DNA of 64,000 nucleotides from Monocercomonoides exilis PA203 (Eukaryota; Protista; Preaxostyla), in contig LSRY02000041.1 in NCBI GenBank assembly GCA_001643675.2, positions 558,001 through 622,000 of the forward strand, given 5' to 3'. The notes under the pieces were generated by a model. That model saw only the letters and a program-made list of their open reading frames with translations. It had not been told where the DNA came from and ran no database searches. Positions 1-10,300 of the stretch are shown here, piece after piece. The position numbers were made by a program, and so were the translations under genes. The first letter of the stretch is position 1. Each line of letters begins with the position of its first letter.

Positions 1-3000
1 GATAAAGTTGAAGGAGAAGAAGAAGAAGAAGAAGAAGAAATTGAAGAATATGTCGGATTCTCATTCATTCTTTCTTCTTCTCTTCCTTCTCCTTCTTCTC
101 CTTCTCCTTCTCTTTCTCTTTCTCTCTTCCTCACAATCAACGAGCTCATTGGTGTCTTCAAGCTAAACTCCTTTGGCCTCTGTTTGTTATCTGCTTCAGA
201 CTGCATCTTCAAATACTGATCAAACGTCTGAAACTCATCCATCGACAGAGAAAAAGAGATGTTTTGCTTGAATTTGTATGACAGTATCGATGCTTCTGTC
301 ATTTTGCAACTGCTCTTGTTCTTGTCTTTGTTGTTTCTATTTCTTTTGCTTTTTCTTTTGCTTTTTCCTTTTGCTTTGATATCTTCTTCTCTTTGGCTGT
401 CAGGCTCTTCTTCTCTTTGGCTTTCTGGCTCTTCCTCTTCTTCCTCTTCTTCCTCTTCTTCATTTCCTGTTTCCTTCACATTCATCTTCCTCTTCACTCC
501 AACCTTCACGTTCATCTTCATCTCCATCTCCACATCCACATCCACCTCCTCCACTGCCTCCATCCTCAGCAACCTCTTCTCCTCTTCTGTAAGCTCCAGC
601 CCCAACGAATGCACTCCACTCATTGACAAAGACGGCAAAACTGTCTGCATGTCCTTCTGACTCCACGCCGTGCGAGAGAAAAACATCATCGGCAGCAGCT
701 TCTTGCTGAACCACTCACGATCATAACTCAGTGCTCTATTTCCTCCTCCTCCTCTTCCTCCTCTTCCTCTTCCTCCCTCTCTTCCTCCTCCCCCTCCTCC
801 ACTGCTTTGTACTCGTTCTCCTGCTCTTCTTGATCGGCTTCCATGTGCCCCACCTACAATCATGTTGAAAATTTTTTCTGATTCATTTAAACCAGAAGAA
901 GAAGAAGAAGAAAGAGAGGAAGAAGAATTCGAAGGAGAAGAAGAAGAAGAAGAATTTGATATTCTTCCATTTCCCGAGCACATAAACCCTTCTTCTTCCT
1001 GAAACACCCGTTTATCTGGATAGAAAGAGCCGAGGAGAAGAGGAGAATCTCTTATGAAAGGGATGCATTCAATGACACCCGTGGCAAAGAGCAGAGAAGA
1101 AGAAGGGTGGAAAAGGGAAGGGGAGACAGTGGTGCTGGTGAGGGTGTAGACTTGAGGGAAAGGGAAGAGGGAAGATTGGAGAGAGAGGGAAGAAGAGGAA
1201 GAAGCAGAAGAAGCAGAAGAAGCAGAAGAAATAACAGAATCTGCCTTTCTGTTCAGATTCTCATTCGCGAGAGGAGAAGAAGGAAAGCTCCATTTGATTG
1301 GGAGAGGGGGATAATGGTGTCTGATGTTGCGAGAAAGAGAGACGAAAAGAAAGCGAATGATTTGAGCGAAGCAGCTGCTGGGTGAGAAAGAAGAGAGGGA
1401 AAGAAGCATTCCGCGGAAGAAGCGGAGAACAAGGGCAGAACGATGAGAAGTAACGAGATGGAGATAAGAGAGGAGTTTGGAGTAGGAAGAGGGGGGGAGG
1501 GAGAGATTGGAAGGAAGGAAGAAAGAGGAAGAAGAGGAAGAGGAAATGGAAGAGGAAGAAGAAGAAGATGATGATGAAATTGATGATGAAATTGAAGAAG
1601 ATGAAGATGAAGAAGAATTTGAAGAAGAACCAACAAATTCGTCTTTCATTTCGTGTTCAACAAAGAATCGGATGGTTCTCTTCATCCAATTCCAACTTTT
1701 GTCCATCTCTTTCTTGTCTCTCTTCTCCATTTTCTCAATCGAACTTATCATTTTCTGCAAATCTTCAATCTTCAATGATTTTTCCCAAAATTGAATATCT
1801 TCCTTTTTTTCCCCTTCTCCTTTGAAATCTTCTTCTTCTTCTTCTTCTTCTTCCATTTTCCCTTCTTTCTCCTTCATTTTTTTCATTCCCTCGTATTTCT
1901 TCATCAGCTTCTTCTTCATTTCTCTTCTCTTCTTCCTTCTTTTCAATGTCTCTCTCATTTTCTCTCTCTCCAATTTTGTTTGAGTCGCCTCTAAAAAGCT
2001 GAAAGGAGGTGCTGCATACACCAAAGAAACAGGCAAAGTGTTATTCTTTGATGACGAAGAAGAAGAAAATGAAGAAGAAGAAGAAGAGTTTGATGAATGA
2101 TTTTCATTGTTTCTTCCTCTTCTTTCATTAAATTCAACATTTTTGTTTGTTTTTTCCAGTTTTCTTTCATTTCCCTTGTTGCAAAGAGAAGCAAACTGAG
2201 AAACAGACTCTGTTGTGTGTGGATTGGGCAGAGGTGACTCAAGAATTGCCTTTGCCAGAAGAAATTCTTCATTCTCAAGGAACTTTTGAAACGCTTCTTT
2301 ATCTTCGTTTATTTCTTTGCCTTCTTTTATTTCTTTCTCATTCTTTTGATATTTGTTTGAATTTCCTTTTTCTTCTTTCCCTTTTTCTTTTTCTTTCCCT
2401 TTCCCTTTCCCTTTTCTCTTTTCTTCTTCTTCTTGCAACTCAACAAATCTCTTATTCCTCATCAACATTTCTTCCTTCTTCACACACTCCTTCACAAACT
2501 CCATTTTTTGCTTCAGTTCCCTCTGCACTTTCTCTTCTTCGTCATACAACACACGAAATGCATCCAAAATTGGCAGAAGAAGAGAAGAAGCCAAATATGT
2601 GTCAGCAAACAGAGGAGCCAAAAGATTCATCAAATTTGACTCAAAATGTGACAGCTGAACGGAAAGAGGAGGGATAGAAGATTGGGCAATGGCTGAGGAA
2701 ATGGAGGTGGACGAATGAAAAGCAGAAGAAGAGGAAGAAGAGGAAGAAGAGGAAGAAGAGGAAGAGGAAGAGGAAGAAGGTGACAATGATGATGATGACG
2801 ACGACGACGAAAGAGAAGAAGAAAGAGAAGAAAGAGAAGATGTTGGGAGTTTTGATGCAGGTGCTGAATTAAGCTCTTCTTCTTGTTCTGGCTCGTCATT
2901 GTGAAGTGAAGATAAAGATGGCAAGGCAAGACGAGAAGAGGAAGAAGAGGAGGAAGAAGAAGAAGAATCAGAAGGAGAAGTTGATGTCTGTGTTATTTTT

Positions 3001-4298
3001 GGAGGACACAGGCAACTTACTCCAATCTCTTGTTTGTTTTGCTTAGCAGCATTGTTTTCCTCAGAATAGCACACAAAACGCCGGATAATCTGCATCTTCT
3101 TCTCCTCTTTCTCTCGCTGCGCCTTCGACATCTCTATCAACCGCTGCTGCTGTTTCGAATTCGATGCCGAATTCGCATTGTTCTTCTGCTGATAATCTGC
3201 TCCATTCCCTTCTTGTTTTCCCTTCTTCTCCTTCTTATTCGCTTCACCCCCAATTTCTGATTCATCCCCGTTACTCTCCCCAAGCACCCACTCCACAGCC
3301 AGCGCCCTCATCCACATTGCAGTCAGACTGCGACACACCTGCACGTAATTCTCACAGGGCGGCAGTGAAATTGGCAGATAACCTGCAGCAGGATAGCGGA
3401 AGGGGGAAAGACTGCCAAAGTTGACGATGGCTGACTGGTGGCCGGACATCGAAATGGCTGGGAAGAACACGAAATGGGGGCTGGCGTCGATGTCGGCTTG
3501 GCTTTTGACTGAAGAAGGCACACGGGACAGAGGAATACGGGAATATGCAATGCCCATTGATTCTCCGTTCAGTAAAAATTCTATGCGGCCGTAGGGCATG
3601 CCTTCTTCACCGTCTTTTTGAGCTTTCGTTTCATCTTCATCATACTTGGCATCAAAGTCAAGAAGCACTGATAAAATATCTCCGGCTTCCCATCTCTGTC
3701 CGTATCCTGGGCAAGATGAGTTCCATGATAAAACTCGATATCCATCGCAAGCAAAACTAAGGAAATCGTCTCCAACTCCTTCTCCAGAAGTAAAAGGCGT
3801 ACTAACTTGACACACTCCAATTTGCATCAATCCGCGAGTTTGCAGCTGAACCTCGTACTGCCATTTTCCAGCAAAAAGTCCAGTGTTACATCTGATTGAA
3901 GAGAATTCGTCAAAAGATTCCAATTCCCCAAACTCTCCAAATTTCATATCTCCATTTAAAGTCGTTCTGTCCCAATCACTGTTCAAAGGACCAATTCTAC
4001 CACGAATTTTTGCTTGATTTGTGAAATAATTCGTTTCCTTGTTCTCTGAAAGTGGATAATTAAGATCATTTGGAGAAGTCATTAATATTTTCTGCAGTTT
4101 TTGAATAGAGAAAGGAGTTGTAGTTGCCAAAAAGGGACGAGACATTTCAGAATGAGGAAGACTCAGCCCAACAACATGAAGAACTCTCGATAAAAGGTCA
4201 GAGCTATCTAGATATGGAAGAGCAAGTTTTCCATTAAATAAAAATGTTGCAACTTCCCTGTTTAGCGAACTTTTCACTTTGTCATCCTTTTGAGGCAT
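1..4298 (-). CDS. RNF123: RNF123/KPC1(RKP)-like E3 ubiquitin ligase, N-terminal SPRY domain; 3' end runs off the window
   Basis: ATG at 4298 (MPQKDDKVK..., in-frame TAG just upstream). The ORF track lists no terminated ORF in this frame, and position 1 is still in the Ser-rich frame. Translation GRIGP...FSSIRCNTGLFAGKWQYEVQLQTRGLMQIGVC...FTSGEGVGDDFLSFACDGYRVLSWN...YGQRWEAGDILSVLLDFD...FLLNGESMGIAY...FFPAISMSGHQSAIVNFGS..PFRYP matches the RNF123-type SPRY domain. The RING domain is not visible in the window. Confidence 0.75.
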   Translation of the reverse strand, partial: MPQKDDKVKSSLNREVATFLFNGKLALPYLDSSDLLSRVLHVVGLSLPHSEMSRPFLATTTPFSIQKLQKILMTSPNDLNYPLSENKETNYFTNQAKIRGRIGPLNSDWDRTTLNGDMKFGEFGELESFDEFSSIRCNTGLFAGKWQYEVQLQTRGLMQIGVCQVSTPFTSGEGVGDDFLSFACDGYRVLSWNSSCPGYGQRWEAGDILSVLLDFDAKYDEDETKAQKDGEEGMPYGRIEFLLNGESMGIAYSRIPLSRVPSSVKSQADIDASPHFVFFPAISMSGHQSAIVNFGSLSPFRYPAAGYLPISLPPCENYVQVCRSLTAMWMRALAVEWVLGESNGDESEIGGEANKKEKKGKQEGNGADYQQKNNANSASNSKQQQRLIEMSKAQREKEEKKMQIIRRFVCYSEENNAAKQNKQEIGVSCLCPPKITQTSTSPSDSSSSSSSSSSSRLALPSLSSLHNDEPEQEEELNSAPASKLPTSSLSSLSSSLSSSSSSSSLSPSSSSSSSSSSSSSSSSSSAFHSSTSISSAIAQSSIPPLSVQLSHFESNLMNLLAPLFADTYLASSLLLPILDAFRVLYDEEEKVQRELKQKMEFVKECVKKEEMLMRNKRFVELQEEEEKRKGKGKGKEKEKGKEEKGNSNKYQKNEKEIKEGKEINEDKEAFQKFLENEEFLLAKAILESPLPNPHTTESVSQFASLCNKGNERKLEKTNKNVEFNERRGRNNENHSSNSSSSSSFSSSSSSKNNTLPVSLVYAAPPFSFLEATQTKLEREKMRETLKRRKKRREMKKKLMKKYEGMKKMKEKEGKMEEEEEEEEDFKGEGEKKEDIQFWEKSLKIEDLQKMISSIEKMEKRDKKEMDKSWNWMKRTIRFFVEHEMKDEFVGSSSNSSSSSSSSISSSISSSSSSSSSSISSSSSSSFFLPSNLSLPPSSYSKLLSYLHLVTSHRSALVLRFFRGMLLSLSSFSPSSCFAQIIRFLFVSLSRNIRHHYPPLPIKWSFPSSPLANENLNRKADSVISSASSASSASSSSSLSLQSSLFPFPQVYTLTSTTVSPSLFHPSSSLLFATGVIECIPFIRDSPLLLGSFYPDKRVFQEEEGFMCSGNGRISNSSSSSSPSNSSSSLSSSSSSGLNESEKIFNMIVGGAHGSRSRRAGERVQSSGGGGGGREGGRGRGGRGGGGNRALSYDREWFSKKLLPMMFFSRTAWSQKDMQTVLPSLSMSGVHSLGLELTEEEKRLLRMEAVEEVDVDVEMEMKMNVKVGVKRKMNVKETGNEEEEEEEEEEEPESQREEEPDSQREEDIKAKGKSKRKSKRNRNNKDKNKSSCKMTEASILSYKFKQNISFSLSMDEFQTFDQYLKMQSEADNKQRPKEFSLKTPMSSLIVRKREREREGEGEEGEGREEERMNENPTYSSISSSSSSSSPSTL

Positions 4299-5575
4299 TT
4301 CACGAACACAAAATTGTTGCTATGGGCGCTGATCACAAAAGTATTTTTTCTTTAAATATTCGAAAGTATGAGATGAAATTCAATATTCAATTCCAAAAAG
4401 AAAATAAAGAAGTTTTATCAATATGTTTATTTGCAAACTAGCAAAAAACAAAGAAAATAATTTCCAAATCATTCATGTTGTTTTTTCAACGAAAAAATAA
4501 ACAATATGAACGCACTCACGAAAGTTATACGTAAGCAGTCGTTAAATATAAACACATTATTGAAATAACAGTTAAACATTTGTGGCTGAAACAAACTTTT
4601 TGAAATCAAATATGCAAATCTCAATTGAGCTTTTGAAATAGGAATAAAAGTGGCAGATTGCCACAAGATAAGAACAACAAATAAAAAGCACAATTTCTGT
4701 TTGAAATGAGAAGTGCAATAAGTGAATGAATTTGCGTGAGAAATAATTCTATTTTTTTTATCTTTTCCTGAAATTGTGCAAAAAAAATTTAGAAGCTAAT
4801 TGATTTATGATCAAAAATATAAGTGGAAAACATTAAAAAGCCACAAAAAAATACAATACAGATATCAAAATGCAGAATGAACTCGCAAAAATAAAAAATA
4901 ATAATAATAAACATAAAATAAAAATAAAATAAAAAATTAAAAAATTTACAGAAGCAGAAGAAATGCAGCAGTGTGTTGGTCAATGAATATGAAATTTCAC
5001 TATCAATAACTTATGAATTCAAAAATAAAATACATAATTTCAAAAATGTGCTTTCCTTCACAAAAAATAAATGAATAAACTGAAAAAAACTCGAATTTAA
5101 AAAATAGAATTTTGAAATAATCAAAAATTGAATTATCCTTCTTGCAAATGAATAAAAAATAATACGCATAACACTACATTTGAAAAGAACAAAAGGATCA
5201 TATTTCATATTTTTTATTTTTTTCAAAGAAAACTCAAAATTGAACGAATAATTAAGAAAAAAAGGATAAAATCAGAAATAAAATAAATAAATAAATAAAT
5301 AAATAGTAATAATCATAATACAATAAATCAAACAAAAAAAAGTGGTTTATCAACTGAAATTATGAAACCAATAATAATAATCATAACAATAAACAAAGTA
5401 ATTAACTTAAACAGAAACATTACATGATTAGCTTTCATCTCAACGAATAATCCAAAATCATTAGAGAAAACTCAAAATAAATTCGTTTTTTTTACAATAT
5501 TAAAAAAAGAAAAGAAAAGAAAAAGATTCAAGAAACAAAATACAAAAAGCAAAAAACAAATAAATAAATATTAAT

Positions 5576-6577
5576 TCAGCTTGTATTCTGTGATATTTGG
5601 TATGTCACAAACTTCCTGCTCTTCAACAGTCCTCTTTGAATATCCTTCTTCTCCTTCACTCCAAACTCTCTCTTCCTTTTGTTGATGATCCTTTGCTCCA
5701 TATCCCATTCACTTTCTTCTTCTTCTTCTTCTTCCTCTTCTTCCTCCTCCTCTTCTTCACTGTCATCATCATCATCGTTGTTATCATCATATCCTTCTTT
5801 CTTTCCTCTTCCTCTTCCTCCTCTTCCTCCTCTCATCCCTTCTTCACCAAACAAACCTCCCTTCTTTTCTCCTTCTCTCCCTTCCTTCCTCTCTTTCCCT
5901 TCTCTCCCTTCTCTCCCTTCTTTCCTCTTCTCCACTCTTCTCATCCCCACAAATTCACACCAGGATCCGCTGTGTAGCAAATGCACTCCAATCTTCAGAG
6001 GAACAGGCAAGTTGCACACAACCAAGGGCTGTTCAATGCCATCAATGGAAATTGAAGCAGTGCGAAATTCAGAAGAGGGGGGAGAAGAGGAAGAAGGGAG
6101 AGAAGAAAGAAGAGATGAAGGAGAGGAAAGAGAAGTAAGAGAAGAAGGAGAAGAAGAAAGAGAGGATGAAGGAGAGGAAGAGGAAGAGGAAGAGGAAGAA
6201 AAAGAAGGTGAGCGAAATGAGGAAGATAAACAAAACTTATCCATTTGAGAATTTTGCAATGTCACAGAAGAAGAAGAAGAAGAGGAAGAATAAGAAGAAG
6301 AAGAAGTTTGAGCAAAATCTGTTGTTATTTGAGAAGGTTCGTTTGAAAGATTGATATTCAAAGAAATCAAAGAAGAATTGGAAGCTCCATTGTTTCCGCT
6401 TGTGTCTCGTCCATTTACCCACACTGCTCCTCTGAAGAGAGAAAGAGAAAGAGAGAGAGAGAAAGAGAAAGAGAGAGAGAGAAAGAGAAAGAGAAAGAGA
6501 AAGAGAAAGAGAAAGAGAGAGAGAGAGAGAAAGAGAAAGAGAAAGTGAAAGTGAAAGTGAGAGAAAGAAAAAGAGAA

Positions 6578-6612
<35 letters not shown>

Positions 6613-6763
6613 AAGAGAAAGTGAAAGTGAAAGTGAGAGAAAGAAAAAGAGAAAGAGAAAGAGAGAGAGAGAAAGAGAAAGAGAAAGAGAAAGAGAGAGA
6701 GAAAAAGAGAAAGAGAAAGAGAAAGAGAAAGTGAAAGTGAAAGTGAGAGAAAGAAAAAGAGAA

Positions 6764-6794
<31 letters not shown>

Positions 6795-6917
6795 AAGAGA
6801 AAGAGAGAGAGAGAGAGAAAGAGAAAGAGAAAGTGAAAGTGAAAGTGAGAGAAAGAAAAAGAGAAAGAGAAAGAGAGAGAGAGAAAGAGAAAAGAGAAAG
6901 AGAGAGAGAGAAAGAGA

Positions 6918-6962
<45 letters not shown>

Positions 6963-7138
6963 AGAGAAAGTGAAAGTGAAAGTGAGAGAAAGAAAAAGAG
7001 AAAGAGAAAGAGAGAGAGAGAAAGAGAAAGAGAAAGAGAAAGAGAGAGAGAAAAAGAGAAAGAGAAAGAGAAAGAGAAAGTGAAAGAGAAAGAGAGAGAG
7101 AGTAAGAGAAAGAGAAAGAGAAAGAGAGAAAGAGAGAA

Positions 7139-7171
<33 letters not shown>

Positions 7172-7237
7172 AAGTGAAAGTGAGAGAAAGAAAAAGAGAA
7201 AGAGAAAGAGAGAGAGAGAAAGAGAAAGAGAAAGAGA

Positions 7238-7276
<39 letters not shown>

Positions 7277-7360
7277 AGAGAAAGAGAAAGTGAAAGTGAG
7301 AGAAAGAAAAAGAGAAAGAGAAAGAGAAAGAGAAAGAGAAAGAGAAAGAGAGAGAGAGAA

Positions 7361-7395
<35 letters not shown>

Positions 7396-10300
7396 AAGAG
7401 AAAGTGAAAGTGAAAGTGAGAGAAAGAAAAAGAGAAAGAAATTATAAAGAAGGAAGGAAATATGAATGATTGAGAAAAGAGGAAGGGGAAAATTTAAAAA
7501 AAGATTCATTAAATTTATCAAAGTAAATAATTTTCCACATAATTAGAAAATGATATTTTCATTCGTTCATTTCAAAAAAAAATGATTTTATGTTTAACAA
7601 AAACAGAAGACACAGAAAAAAAGGTTTTATGCACTTTTCGTTTGAAGAAAGAAAACATACGTTTTGAGAGCAAAGGAAATGGCTTCTGAAATTTGAAATA
7701 AAAAATTCAGTTGAAATCAAAAAAGAAAAAGAGTTTGTGGTTAATTTTTTGAAAAATGATAAAGTTTTTAAAAAATAAAAGAAAGAAAGAAAGAAAAAGA
7801 AAAAAATTGAGAAAAGAAAAAAATGAAAAGTAATAAAATGAAAAGAGAAAAAAAGAGAGAAAAAAAGAATAAATTGATTAATTCTATTTGAAAGAAATAT
7901 AAAACAACATACGGGGATCAAATCTAATATCTGTCTTTGGCTTCACTTTGTAGTTAGCAGGAAGAATGCATACGTCTATAAGCAGGAAAGGAAAGAAATA
8001 AAATTGAAAATAAAATGTTTGAATATAAAATTGTTTGAGAAAATAAAAGAAGAAAAACAAATATCTTTATGTTTCTCCACAAAAAATGCTATCAAAAATA
8101 AAAAGGTAATTGAATTTCACATTTATTTCTCTTTCACAATTCTTCTCATTTCTTCCCATTTCTTCCTTCTCTTCCTTCTCCTTCCCTCTTTTCCTTCTCT
8201 CCAAACACAACAAAACACAACAAAACACAACAAAACACAACAAAACACAACAAAACACAACAAAACACAACAAAACACAACAAAACACAACAAAACACAA
8301 CAAAACACAACAAAACACAACAAAACACAACAAAACACAACAAAACACAACAAAACACAACAAAACACAACAAAACACAACAAAACACAACAAAACACAA
8401 CAAAACACAACAAAACACAACAAAACACAACAAAACACAACAAAACACCACAAAATTAAACGCATACACTTTGAATCATGATGTGCCGAGCTTGAGCCAA
8501 CCCTCAAATCCACCTTCCATCTCCCTTCTTCCAGTGCTTTCCCCACAAAACACGTTATGTGGCTGCTTCTTCTCAGTTTGAACTTCAGCTTCTCAATCGA
8601 CACAGAAGAAGAAAGAGAAGGATGCACATTCCATTCAGGGTAGTATATCTTGTCGATGGGGGGAGGAGGAGGAAGGGGAGAAGAGTGGAGGTGAGAGGAA
8701 GAGGAAGAGGAAGAAGAGGAGGAGAAGGAAGAAGAGGAGGAAGAAGAGGAGAAAGAAGAGGAAGAAGGAGAAGGAGATGAGGAAGAAGAGGAGGAGGAGG
8801 AGGAATGAGAGGGAGAAGATGAAGAGAATTCTGAAGAGAATAAAGATTCTGGCAATGGAAGACTTGCCGATGGAGAAGAAGGAGAAGAAGAAGAAGGAGA
8901 AGGAGAAATGATGAATTTGGAGAAAAGAGAAGGTGTTTGAAGTGTTGTTGTTGTTGTTGTTGTTGGTATCTGTGAATGTGCAAGTGATGGTGAATGTGAA
9001 GAAGAGGAAGATGAAGAAGAAGAAGAAGAATTAATTGGAGAAGATGAAGTTGAATAAGAAGTGGATGGATTGATGTACATAGAAGGTGAAGTGGAAGAAG
9101 AAGAAGGAGAAATTTGATTGAATGATGTTGAAGACAAAACAGGAATGAGAGAAGAAAAAGGTTGAATGAAGCTTTCATTGGAAGAAGAAGGAGAAGAAGA
9201 AAAGGAGGAAGAGGAAGAAGAAGAAGAAGATGTTGGTGATGGATTGGATGTTTGAATGTTGTCTGAAGGAGAAGGAAGAGAAAGAGAAGAAGGAGAAGGA
9301 GATGAAGAAGAAGAAGATAATCTTAAAGCAGCAGCTGAATCAGACAAGTTCACAGAAAATGAATTTGGTGAAATGGAATCAAAAGAAAAAGAAGGCGAAG
9401 GAGAAGGAGAAGAAGAAAAGGAGCAAGTTGAGGCAACTTCTGGATGAGGAAGGTAAAAATCATCAAAAACAAGTTTTTCACCTTCTTTTTCTGTCTCATT
9501 TGTGATATTTGATACAATTTTTATATTTCTTTCCTTTTTGTCTTCGAATTCTTTTAAATTCATTTCTTTCTTTTTGTTCAAAATATTTTCCTCTTCTTCT
9601 TCTTCTTCTTCTCTTTCTCCTTCCTCTCTTCTTTCTCCTTCCTTCCCTACCATCATCTTCCTCCTCAAACCTTCCATCTTCTCCATCTTCTCCTTTATTT
9701 CCCTCAACTCCCTCAGTTCCCTCTCCAACCTCCAATTTTCCCTCCTCAGCATATCCACCTCACTTTCCCTCTCTCTCTCCCTCTCCTCTGCCTCCTTCTT
9801 CGCCTTCTCCGCTTTCCTCAGCTTCATCTCCAGTTTCGACACAACTTTCCTCCTCTTCAAACTCCTCTCGTCTTTGTCTTCAATGTACTTCAGCAGCATC
9901 TTGCAGCCGTCACAGAGAATGTGCGAATAATCGCCTTTGGCTCTGATACTGCCTAAACGCGACATTTCACTGGGAAATTTGATCTTTTGAGACAAAATTA
10001 GAGGGGTTTCTGTGCTTTTTGGGTCAAAATTGATAAGTTTTTGGGGTTTTGTTCCTTCTTCTTCTTCTTCTTCTTCTTCTTCTGCAATTTCTGTTGATGT
10101 TTGCTTCATCTTCTTGATCTTCTCCATTTTCAGGTCTTCTTTGGAATTTTTATTTTTGTTCTTTTTCTTCTTCTTTTCTTTCTCTTTCTCGTTTTCATTT
10201 TCATTTTCTTCAGTTTCCTTTGAAATTATATTGTTTATTTCTTTTTCTTTTTTCTCTTTTCTTTCTGTTTTTTCGCTTTTATCGTTTTTTTCATCAAAAG

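Noticed and set aside
259-3820. Numerous poly-Leu/Phe/Glu/Lys ORFs here, at 8.5-13 kb and at 55.7-64 kb
   Set aside because: These are shadow frames of TCT/GAA-rich exons of the long genes.
6351-7521. RE/KE-rich and SL/FL-rich ORFs
   Set aside because: These are translations of the intronic GA satellite.
8110-8481. ORFs made of (KHNKTQQNTT)n or (LCFVVFCCVL)n; CRISPR or telomeric array
   Set aside because: These are by-products of a stop-free 10-bp intronic repeat. There are no spacers and the unit is not a TTAGGG-like telomeric repeat.
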